This document shows, one piece after another, positions 22,561-29,816 of a stretch of DNA of 32,000 nt. The notes under the pieces were generated by a model that did no database searches, was not told where the DNA came from, and saw nothing but the letters and a program-made list of their open reading frames with translations. The stretch is from the NCBI RefSeq assembly GCF_900167395.1, contig NZ_FUWK01000021.1, positions 14,225 to 46,224 of the forward strand, given 5' to 3'. Position numbers and translations under genes: made by a program. The stretch's first letter is position 1, and the number at the start of each line of letters is the position of its first letter. Origin of the DNA: Nitrosomonas europaea (GTDB lineage: Bacteria > Pseudomonadota > Gammaproteobacteria > Burkholderiales > Nitrosomonadaceae).

Positions 22561-25035
22561 TCACCATTTATAACGCAGCGTCGCGTAAACCGTCCGACGA
22601 TTGCCATAGAAACAGGCCATATCCGCGCAGGTGGCAATGTATTTGTTATCGAACAGATTATTCACATTCACGCTCAGACTGGCACCCTGCAGCACACTGT
22701 GCAGATGCTTCATATCGTAGCGTACCGCCGCATCGAACAAGGTGTAGACAGGCGCCTTCAGGTTATTGACGAGATCACCGAAGTTCGAGCCGATATGTCG
22801 CACCCCGCCGGCAAGACCCAACCCGGCGAGTTGATTACCTCGAAAAGTGTAGTCCAGCCAGGCAGAAGTCTGATGCCTGGGAGTCAGTGATAACCGGTTG
22901 CCAAGCTCGTCCGGATTGTTACTCTCGGTCACCTTCGAATCAGCAAAAGAATACGCAACGATGAGATTGAGATCGTTCATGAGGCGCGCTTTACCTTCCA
23001 CCTCTACTCCTCGTACACGCGCTTCACCGGTTTGCACGTTATAACCGAAATGCCCCGGCGTGAGATCAGGAGTGACGACATTCTTCTGTGTCAAATGATA
23101 AGCCGCGACAGTCAGCAAGGCATTATGGTTGACCGGCTGGTACTTGATACCCGCCTCATATTGCCGACCGGTAGTCGGTTTGAATGGTGAACCGAAAAAA
23201 TCGGTTCCTGCAATCGGTTGAAAAGATTCGGCATAACTCGCGTATGGTGCGATGCCATTGTCGAACAGATAGTTTATTCCTGTCCGATAAGTGAAAGCGC
23301 GATCATTCTGCCGGGTGCTGCTTCTCTCATCAAAGAACAAATCATGATTTCGCGTATGTGCACTGGAAAAATCGTAACGGACACCCAGCGTGAGTATCCA
23401 TCGATCATATTTGATCTGATCCTGGGCATAGAGACCGATCTGGTCACGCTGCTGTTTGCTGATGTAATCAATGACCGGCAAACCAAACGGCTCACCATAA
23501 ACCGGATCGTAGATATCCAGAAGCAGCATGTCTTCGGAAAAACCACGGCGGTTACTGCCGGAAAGATAGCGGTAATCTATACCCAGCAGCAGGTTATGCC
23601 GGAGCATGGCAGTATCAAATATACCCTGTACCCGGGTATCCATCGTGAACGTACCCGCCTTGTCCTGATAAAGGGCCGCCAGCCGATCAATCGTCCGGAA
23701 ATCCAGTGGTACCCCATCATCATCTCTCAGAAAATCGAGATAAAACGTAGTGGGGTAATTGCTGGATACATTGGCATAACGTAAATTCTGTTGCACTCCC
23801 CAGGATTCATTGAAACGATGATCAAACGCGTAACCGATCGTATATTGCTCTCTATTGTATTTATCGAAACCGGGTTCTCCGATAAAGCGGCTGGTTGGTA
23901 TTTTGCCGTTCGGATTTTCCAGCAGTGAGCCTTCCGGGGGCAGAAACTGGAGTGTATTGCCAGCATCATCCTTTTGAAAATGACTCAATAGCGTAAAAGT
24001 GGTATCGCTAGTTGGCCGCCAGCTAATGCTCGGTGCGATGAAGTAACGATCTTCATGAGCGTGGTTGATCTGCGTATCACTATTGCGCACCAGTCCTGTG
24101 AGCCGATAAAGAAACTGACCGTTGCTGTCGATCGGCCCGCCGAGATCGAGTCCGCCCTGAATACGGCCAAAGCTTCCGCCGGTAATGAACGCTTCACGTA
24201 CCGGTACGGCCGTTGGACGCTTACTTACCATAGCAACCAGCCCGCCGGGTGAACTCTGGCCATACAGGGTAGAAGAAGGCCCTTTCAGCACCTCGATGCT
24301 TTCCATTCCATACGGTTCGATACGGAGGTTGGCATAATTCACCCCCCATAAACCCAGCCCGTCGAGAAATTGCGGCGCATCGAATCCCCGGATATTGAAA
24401 TAGTCATCCCGCATTACAGGTCCGTACATTTCTGTCAGCACACCGGGCGTATAGGAAACTGCCTGGCTGATATTCTGCACCAGCCGCGCATCGAGCTCAC
24501 GGCGCGTAATCACTGAAATCGACTGTGGTACCTCGATCAACGGTGTATCTGTTTTCGTGCTCGAACTGCTGCGCTGCGTGACATAGCCAGTATCATCAGC
24601 ATTTTCCGTACTGGTCGAGACAGTCACGACCGGTAATGCGGTTACCCCTGCCTGGGTCGCTTTGACGGGTGCCCGATGCAGTGTATAGCTGCCATCATCA
24701 TTGCGTATCAGTTCCAGACCACTACCTGCCAGCAGCCGATTGAATCCTTCATCTACTGAAAAATTTCCTGTCAGCGCCGGGCTGGTACGTCCTTCTGTCA
24801 GTGCCGGATCAAACGAAAGTGCGATACCAGCAACCATTGCGAAATGTGAGAGTGCCCGTCCCAGCGGGCCTGCCGGAATGTCATAGTGCTTTCGGGCAGC
24901 AGCAGGCGTATCCAGTGCATTTTCAGCCGCCTGGGCAGGTAATGCTGTGACGACAATGATTGGTAGCAACAGCGACAATAGCCTTACCGGGTCCAATGGG
25001 AATCGGATGGGATGAACGAGGGAGGCAAACAGCAT
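22561..25035 (-). CDS. TonB-dependent siderophore receptor with STN signalling domain (TBDT-5), cognate to pair 3
   Basis: 824 aa. The STN domain reads KHYDIPAGPLGRALSHFAMVAGIALSFDPALTEGRTSPALTGNFSVDEGFNRLLAGSGLELIRNDDGSYTLHR. The TonB-box region is ALPVVTVSTS, the plug is EVPQSISVITRRELD, and it ends ATLRYKW. Confidence 0.92.
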   Translation of the reverse strand: MLFASLVHPIRFPLDPVRLLSLLLPIIVVTALPAQAAENALDTPAAARKHYDIPAGPLGRALSHFAMVAGIALSFDPALTEGRTSPALTGNFSVDEGFNRLLAGSGLELIRNDDGSYTLHRAPVKATQAGVTALPVVTVSTSTENADDTGYVTQRSSSSTKTDTPLIEVPQSISVITRRELDARLVQNISQAVSYTPGVLTEMYGPVMRDDYFNIRGFDAPQFLDGLGLWGVNYANLRIEPYGMESIEVLKGPSSTLYGQSSPGGLVAMVSKRPTAVPVREAFITGGSFGRIQGGLDLGGPIDSNGQFLYRLTGLVRNSDTQINHAHEDRYFIAPSISWRPTSDTTFTLLSHFQKDDAGNTLQFLPPEGSLLENPNGKIPTSRFIGEPGFDKYNREQYTIGYAFDHRFNESWGVQQNLRYANVSSNYPTTFYLDFLRDDDGVPLDFRTIDRLAALYQDKAGTFTMDTRVQGIFDTAMLRHNLLLGIDYRYLSGSNRRGFSEDMLLLDIYDPVYGEPFGLPVIDYISKQQRDQIGLYAQDQIKYDRWILTLGVRYDFSSAHTRNHDLFFDERSSTRQNDRAFTYRTGINYLFDNGIAPYASYAESFQPIAGTDFFGSPFKPTTGRQYEAGIKYQPVNHNALLTVAAYHLTQKNVVTPDLTPGHFGYNVQTGEARVRGVEVEGKARLMNDLNLIVAYSFADSKVTESNNPDELGNRLSLTPRHQTSAWLDYTFRGNQLAGLGLAGGVRHIGSNFGDLVNNLKAPVYTLFDAAVRYDMKHLHSVLQGASLSVNVNNLFDNKYIATCADMACFYGNRRTVYATLRYKW

Positions 25036-25123
25036 GATTTTTCCTTCAGTTTCTGGTTATAAGGGCCTTCACCTCTATTGCCAATCGAAACAGAAAAAAG
25101 TCTCACCTCCCTGATGAAAATAG
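24490..25123 (-). repeat. Copy B of the duplicated leader + STN + early-plug block (partner 11962..12606)
   Basis: See 11962..12606. In this copy the homology runs almost up to the fecR-3 stop codon (25129..25131), so it covers the whole intergenic leader. Confidence 0.85.
25073..25111 (-). promoter_or_regulatory. Candidate sigma-3-dependent promoter in the TBDT-5 leader
   Basis: In mRNA sense it reads ggGAGGTGAgacttttttctgtttCGAttGGCAATagag. It is the only non-coding sequence between fecR-3 and TBDT-5, and it is duplicated upstream of TBDT-2. Confidence 0.35.
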
Positions 25124-25128
25124 CTTGA

Positions 25129-26115
25129 TCAGCGTGGTACCAGCGTAACCCAGTAAGGAGTGCGATAAACGATACGCACTGGATAGGTGGCTTGCAGCAT
25201 TGCCAGCGTACGATCAGTATCACGGATCGGAAAAGCGCCCGATATCCGCAAGTCAGCCAGGACGGGATCACACCGTACGATACCCTGCCGGTATCGGGAC
25301 AGCTCATCGGTAAAATCAGTCAGGTGCATCTTGTCAGCCAGCAGCATACCTTGCGTCCAGGCAATGTCGGTATCGTCAGCCGGTCTGGATACTTCGATTG
25401 CTTCCGCAGTGAACACAGTTTTGTTGCCGGCATGCAATACTTGCGCCACGCCGCTATCGCCTGATTTGGGATGAATTGCCACTGCTCCATCGAATACTGC
25501 AACGTGACTGCGTTCCTCACCCTGACGAACTGTAAAGCGGGTTCCCAGCGCATATAGCCGCCCTTCTGCAGTAAGTACCTGAAAAGGACGAGGTGTGACT
25601 GCGTTGTCTGCTGCGGTCTGGATCAGAATCTCACCGGTATGCAAAACGATTAAACGTTGTACCGCATTAAACCGCACATCGATTGAAGTCGCTGTATTGA
25701 GCCTGACCTGGCTGCCATCGGCGAGCTCGATTTCGCGCTGCTCACTCACCATCGTACGGTATTCCGCCATCCATGCTTCCCATGGTGTTACACGCCAGGC
25801 TGCCCAGCTCGCAGGCAGTGCTGTCATCAGCAGGGCAAGTTTCTTGATCGCAGCACGCCGGTTATTACCACCGGGATGAGTCAATGCAGCCATTGACAGT
25901 GCTGGAGGGAGCCCCCCCATTTTATTCATCAGTTGCTCCGCCCGCTCCCAGGCCTGCCTGTGCTGCGGACTGCGCAAACGCCACTGTTCCCAGGCATTGC
26001 GTTCCATATCGGTAACCGTACTGGCGTGCAATTGCATCAACCAGGCAGCCGCTTCATCCAGTATCCGGGGATCGATTGGCGAGTGTCCTGAAGTATCCTT
26101 TAAGCGGGTATTCAT
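25129..26115 (-). CDS. FecR-family anti-sigma factor / sensor (pair 3)
   Basis: 328 aa. It reads ILDEAAAWLMQLHAS...WEQWRLRSPQHRQAWERAE, with a TM segment (IKKLALLMTALPASWAAW) and a FecR domain (ALGTRFTVRQGE). Confidence 0.88.
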   Translation of the reverse strand: MNTRLKDTSGHSPIDPRILDEAAAWLMQLHASTVTDMERNAWEQWRLRSPQHRQAWERAEQLMNKMGGLPPALSMAALTHPGGNNRRAAIKKLALLMTALPASWAAWRVTPWEAWMAEYRTMVSEQREIELADGSQVRLNTATSIDVRFNAVQRLIVLHTGEILIQTAADNAVTPRPFQVLTAEGRLYALGTRFTVRQGEERSHVAVFDGAVAIHPKSGDSGVAQVLHAGNKTVFTAEAIEVSRPADDTDIAWTQGMLLADKMHLTDFTDELSRYRQGIVRCDPVLADLRISGAFPIRDTDRTLAMLQATYPVRIVYRTPYWVTLVPR

Positions 26116-26128
26116 GCTGTTTGCTTCA

Positions 26129-26632
26129 TTACATCAGAAGCAGGCACTGGCGGAAAGCCTGCTGCATATAACGTTTGACTGAGCCGAGTGAAACCCCGAG
26201 CTGCTCTGCAATCACTTCGTATTTCAAACCTTCGATCTGTGAGAGCAGGAATGCCTGTCTGACTTTGGGAGCAAGCGAATCGAGCATCCGGTCTATTTCA
26301 TGCAACGTTTCGAGAATGATCAGATGCTGTTCGGGTGCCGGTACTTCCGTTTCAGGTATATGTGCCAGGGCATCCAGATAGGCACGCTCAAGTGCCTGGC
26401 GACGATACCAGTTGACCATCAGACTTTTGGCGATCGTAGTCAGATAAGCACGTGGTTCGCATACAGTCGTGGCATCCCGTGAAGCCAGTATACGGGTGAA
26501 GGTATCCTGGGCCAGATCAGCGGCGTTATGAGCGCATCCCAAACGGGAGCGCAACCACCTTACCAGCCAGTCATGGTGATCACTGTAAAGCGTATCCACA
26601 GCGTTCAGGTGTGCGGGATCGTCGATCGACAT
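26129..26632 (-). CDS. FecI-type ECF sigma factor (pair 3)
   Basis: ATG at 26632 (MSIDDPAHLNAVDTLYSDHHDWLVRWLRSRLG). Region 2 reads DLAQDTFTRIL, and region 4 reads YEVIAEQLGVSLGSVKRYMQQAF. The stop lies 13 nt before the fecR-3 start. Confidence 0.88.
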   Translation of the reverse strand: MSIDDPAHLNAVDTLYSDHHDWLVRWLRSRLGCAHNAADLAQDTFTRILASRDATTVCEPRAYLTTIAKSLMVNWYRRQALERAYLDALAHIPETEVPAPEQHLIILETLHEIDRMLDSLAPKVRQAFLLSQIEGLKYEVIAEQLGVSLGSVKRYMQQAFRQCLLLM

Positions 26633-26732
26633 CAATAGCCCTCCCAGGCTTCTCTTGTAAAGTTATGTAAATGCCGGCCAGGGAACCTCTGCAAAATTAT
26701 CTGCGTTGCCATTTCTGCGTTAAAAGTCGACT

Positions 26733-26751
26733 CAGAATGCTCATTTATTAC
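26733..26751. promoter_or_regulatory. Weak Fur-box-like site about 100 nt upstream of the sigma-3 gene
   Basis: cagaatgctcatttattac matches about 10/19 to the consensus. Confidence 0.25.
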
Positions 26752-26969
26752 GTATAAACTCGGCTTCTTCGCCGACGTTTGCCTTGAATTGACTGCCTTG
26801 CTAACGTTTTTCAGAGGTTTCCTGACGTTGTGTGCCGAGTACCCCGGGTATCTGGAAACTACCTTTCAATTATTTTTATATTGTTCCGGATCTCGCTGAC
26901 GCTTCTCAGAGATGTTTTTACGGCCTGAACAGAGTAAATTGCCAGCCAGCCTGTAAAAACAACCGGTAT

Positions 26970-26988
26970 AAAAATGATAATTGTTCTT
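26970..26988. promoter_or_regulatory. Fur box in the middle of the sigma-3 / sigma-4 divergent intergenic region
   Basis: aaaaatgataattgttctt matches 13/19, including the 10 consecutive positions AATGATAAT(T). It is 338 nt from the sigma-3 start and 197 nt from the sigma-4 start, so its target is unclear. Confidence 0.5.
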
Positions 26989-27130
26989 ATTCCATAAGGT
27001 CAAGTTATGAAAATACTGCTTCACAGATCACCCCGTCACTGCGTGATCTTGATGACAACATTTATGAGTCTTGCAAGCGTGCAGCAAACCTGTTGACTGC
27101 CTGATCTTGCATGAACAGTTTCATATCCAT

Positions 27131-27149
27131 TAGAATGAAAACGATTCTC
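27131..27149. promoter_or_regulatory. Fur box upstream of the sigma-4 gene
   Basis: tagaatgaaaacgattctc matches 13/19 and has dyad symmetry (GAATGA...TCATT extends to 27152). It lies 36-54 nt upstream of the GTG at 27185. Confidence 0.6.
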
Positions 27150-27184
27150 ATTAAATAATAATCAAACTTTTTCAGGGAGATATC

Positions 27185-27694
27185 GTGTCAGCCGATGAAT
27201 TCATACTGCAGCAGAAAGTTCATGCCTTGTACAGCAACCACCGTAGCTGGTTACAGAGGTGGTTGTACCGCAAGCTGGGCAATGCCTGCGATGCTGCCGA
27301 TCTGGTGCAAGACACATTCATCAGCGTGATCACTGGAGGCTACGCGGATGACATTCGCGAGCCGAAACCTTTCCTCGCCACGATCGCCGGCCGGCTGGTT
27401 GCCCACCGGTGGCGCCGCAATCAGCTCGAAACGGCCTACCTCGAAGCCCTGGCAGCACTGCCTGTAGAGTTGATGCCTTCGCCCGAAGCACATGTGCTGG
27501 CGCTGGAAGCCTTACTGGAAATCGATCGTGCGCTCGATGGCCTGCCGACCCGTGTCAAGGAAGCCTTTCTGCTCGCCCATCTGGAAGAACTCTCGTATGC
27601 ACAGATCGCGGAACGGCTCAACGTATCGACCAGTTCGGTCAAGCAATACCTCACACGTGCCAACCGGCAGTGCCTGTTTGCTCTGTCAGTCTGA
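27185..27694 (+). CDS. FecI-type ECF sigma factor (pair 4)
   Basis: 169 aa with a GTG start after SD agggag. It reads KVHALYSNHRSWLQRWLYRKLG. Region 2 reads DLVQDTFISVI, and region 4 reads YAQIAERLNVSTSSVKQYLTRAN. Confidence 0.88.
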   Translation: MSADEFILQQKVHALYSNHRSWLQRWLYRKLGNACDAADLVQDTFISVITGGYADDIREPKPFLATIAGRLVAHRWRRNQLETAYLEALAALPVELMPSPEAHVLALEALLEIDRALDGLPTRVKEAFLLAHLEELSYAQIAERLNVSTSSVKQYLTRANRQCLFALSV

Positions 27695-27718
27695 AACAGA
27701 TTCAACCGGAGAAAAACA

Positions 27719-28777
27719 GTGTCCACTCCCGGTTCCACACCGCCTCCCTCGGTCGCTGACCAGCCACACCCGCTACCACTGGCCAATGGTCACCCGATCA
27801 GCGGTGCTACGGCGGATGCAGCCGCGCAATGGCTGACGTTACTGATGTCGGATGAAATGACCGATTCAGACTATCAGTGCTGGCAACAATGGCGTGCGGC
27901 ACATCCTGATCATGAACGTGCCTGGCAGCACATCGAAGCAGTGACCGCACGATTCAGGGAACTGCCATCCACAGCAGCTTATAAAAGCCTGTCACCCCTT
28001 ACCAACCCTGTAAGTGCCGGCAAACCCGGATCGCCGGGCCGGCGCAAGGCAATGGGTACGTTGTTATGGCTGGGAACAGCAGGTGTCGGCAGCATGCTGG
28101 TATCACGTACACAGATCTGGCAGCAAACCGTTGCCGATTACCGTACCGGTACTGGCGAACAACGTGCGATATACCTGGCCGACGGCACGCATATCATGCT
28201 CAACACGTACAGTGCAATCGACGTAGCCTTCGATGCACAACACCGTACGATACGGCTGATCACCGGCGATATCCTCATCACCACCCACCCTGTGCATACG
28301 CCGATATCCGATCCGCGTCCTTTCATCGTCGAAACTGCCGAAGGCCGCATTCGTGCACTCGGCACCCGCTTCACGGTCAGTCAGCGAAAGGGACGTACCC
28401 ATGTCGCTGTACTCGAACATGCGGTAGAAGTCACCCCTGCTGCTGCTCCCGACCGGCAATACATACTGCCGGCTGGCCAGCAACTCTCCTTCACGCGCCA
28501 CACCCTGAATAACGCTACTACGCTGGATAAGCAGACAACCGGCTGGACGCAGGGACAAATCATCGCTGATAACATCCGGCTGGGTGATTTCATTACTGAT
28601 CTGGGACGCTACCGCACCGGCCTGCTGCGTTGTGATCCGGCCGTGGCTGAATTGCGTTTATCCGGAGTGTTCCCGCTGGATGATACGGATCGTATCCTGG
28701 AAACCCTGCCGAGTGTATTGCCGGTACGGGTACGTCTGCGCACCCGCTACTGGGTGATAGTGGAAGCGGCGTCATAG
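27719..28777 (+). CDS. FecR-family anti-sigma factor / sensor (pair 4)
   Basis: 352 aa with a GTG start after ggag. It reads AAAQWLTLLMSDEMTDSDYQCWQQWRAAHPDHERAWQHIE, with a TM segment (GTLLWLGTAGVGSMLV) and a FecR domain (ALGTRFTVSQRK). Confidence 0.88.
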   Translation: MSTPGSTPPPSVADQPHPLPLANGHPISGATADAAAQWLTLLMSDEMTDSDYQCWQQWRAAHPDHERAWQHIEAVTARFRELPSTAAYKSLSPLTNPVSAGKPGSPGRRKAMGTLLWLGTAGVGSMLVSRTQIWQQTVADYRTGTGEQRAIYLADGTHIMLNTYSAIDVAFDAQHRTIRLITGDILITTHPVHTPISDPRPFIVETAEGRIRALGTRFTVSQRKGRTHVAVLEHAVEVTPAAAPDRQYILPAGQQLSFTRHTLNNATTLDKQTTGWTQGQIIADNIRLGDFITDLGRYRTGLLRCDPAVAELRLSGVFPLDDTDRILETLPSVLPVRVRLRTRYWVIVEAAS

Positions 28778-28792
28778 AATCATCCTCAAAAC

Positions 28793-28807
28793 AGCTTCTT
28801 GGAAGCT
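28793..28807. terminator. Small hairpin between the convergent fecR-4 and GNAT-toxin stops
   Basis: agcttc-ttg-gaagct: a 6-bp stem with a 3-nt loop, lying between the stops at 28775..28777 (+) and 28809..28811 (-). It is weak. Confidence 0.25.
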
Positions 28808-28808
28808 A

Positions 28809-29303
28809 TTATGCCTTTGTCGTGTTTAGGCGCAGCATTAAAGTCATTGGATGCTGGGGTGATTCCTTGAAACCGTAGTGCGCGTAGAACTGCTTGGCAC
28901 GGTCATCGAGCGCATGGACGAGAAGCGCTCGGACACCAACATTGTGCGAAACGTTTACCACTCGATTGACGGCATCTTGCAGCAATGCTGCCCCGAGTTT
29001 GATACCTTGGGCACGCTGATCAACGGCCAGTCGTGCTAACACCATCACCGGAACAGGATCGGGCATGTTGCGCCGCACACCGCTCGTTGCCGCTTGATGC
29101 GAGACTGCACCCGCAGCCATGGCGTAGTAACCATAGACGCGACTATCGTGATCCGCGACAACGAATGTACGGCTGGCTCCGCTATGCTGGTTGGCTAATG
29201 CCCGGCGCTTGAGCCATTCATCGAGACTGTTTACTCCGCACTCGAAGTCGTCCAGAAGATGCGTTGCGACGAGCAGCTCTGGCGGATTGAGTTGCAAGCT
29301 CAT
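28809..29303 (-). CDS. GNAT-family acetyltransferase toxin of a type II TA system (TacT/KacT/ItaT-like)
   Basis: 164 aa. It reads HLLDDFECGVNSLDEWLKRRALANQHSGASRTFVV...VYGYYAMAAGAV...PVMVLARLAVDQRAQGIKLGAALLQDAVNRV...VRALLVHALDDRAKQFYAHYGFKESP. This is the characteristic GNAT-toxin pattern. The start overlaps the antitoxin stop (ATGA). Confidence 0.85.
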   Translation of the reverse strand: MSLQLNPPELLVATHLLDDFECGVNSLDEWLKRRALANQHSGASRTFVVADHDSRVYGYYAMAAGAVSHQAATSGVRRNMPDPVPVMVLARLAVDQRAQGIKLGAALLQDAVNRVVNVSHNVGVRALLVHALDDRAKQFYAHYGFKESPQHPMTLMLRLNTTKA

Positions 29304-29572
29304 ACCACATCGGTATTCCAGGGAGCTTTCACGGCCATAAGGCGTTCAAGCCCTGGGTTGGGGCCGGGAGGTGCATCGAGTATGGTAGTAAACTGCTTAA
29401 ACTTGTCGGTGTCCAGGCTAAAAAAGACCTGATCCAACACAACGGCCTGTGCTCGGTCGCACGCTGCTTCGAGCATGAAGTCCGAACGGTTTTTGCCGAG
29501 CAAACTGGCGGCCTGATCAATAAGGTCGCGTTGTTCGGGCAGGGCACGCAGGTTAATGGTAGCGTCACGCAT
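29300..29572 (-). CDS. DUF1778 (TacA-like, RHH) antitoxin
   Basis: The start is taken at the ATG at 29572 after SD aaggaa (MRDATINLRALPEQRDLIDQAASLLGKNRSDFMLEAACDRAQAVVLDQVFFSLDTDKFKQFTTILDAPP). The track ORF runs to 29722, but those extra 50 aa cover the promoter region. Confidence 0.85.
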   Translation of the reverse strand: MRDATINLRALPEQRDLIDQAASLLGKNRSDFMLEAACDRAQAVVLDQVFFSLDTDKFKQFTTILDAPPGPNPGLERLMAVKAPWNTDVV

Positions 29573-29593
29573 GGCGTATTCCTTAAATACATA

Positions 29594-29622
29594 ACTATGC
29601 GATAGCGTATAGCTATTGTCAA
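29594..29622 (-). promoter_or_regulatory. Sigma-70-type promoter with a palindromic operator for the TacAT-like operon
   Basis: The minus strand reads TTGACA-atagctatacgctatcg(17)-CATAGT. The inverted repeat ATAGC-N5-GCTAT (29602..29616) lies in the spacer, which is typical for autoregulation by an RHH antitoxin. Confidence 0.55.
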
Positions 29623-29634
29623 TACACCAAACCG

Positions 29635-29660
29635 AGGCTCCAGGAAAAATTGAAATGAAT
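29635..29660. repeat. Copy 2 of the 26-nt repeat that abuts both TA cassettes
   Basis: aggctccaggaaaaattgaaatgaat starts 13 nt beyond the TA promoter's -35 element. Its partner is 15110..15134. Confidence 0.7.
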
Positions 29661-29816
29661 AACTTCCGGATTTTCCGGAAATTTTTACGATTTCTTCTGC
29701 CCGATTCTGATTCTCGCGGCACCTGCTCTATAAGGAGCTTCTAAAGAACATCAGCGATGTTTTGCAGAGGCTCCGCAGAAGCTTTATCGATCCATTGACT
29801 TCTTGAGGAGTAAGGT

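Noticed and set aside
22423-23784. Plus-strand ORFs 22423..22890 (155 aa) and 23218..23784 (188 aa)
   Set aside because: They are antisense to TBDT-5 and have no recognisable domains.
26832-27104. 90-aa plus-strand ORF in the sigma-3/sigma-4 intergenic region
   Set aside because: It starts at a GTG without an SD, runs straight through the central Fur box and has low-complexity N/Y/S-rich sequence. It is most likely non-coding AT-rich spacer.
29573-29722. The long form of the antitoxin ORF (29300..29722, 140 aa)
   Set aside because: The extra 50 N-terminal residues (MPRESESGRRNRKNFRKIRK...) cover the promoter/operator and the 26-nt repeat. The internal ATG at 29572 has a good SD and gives a standard ~90-aa DUF1778 protein.
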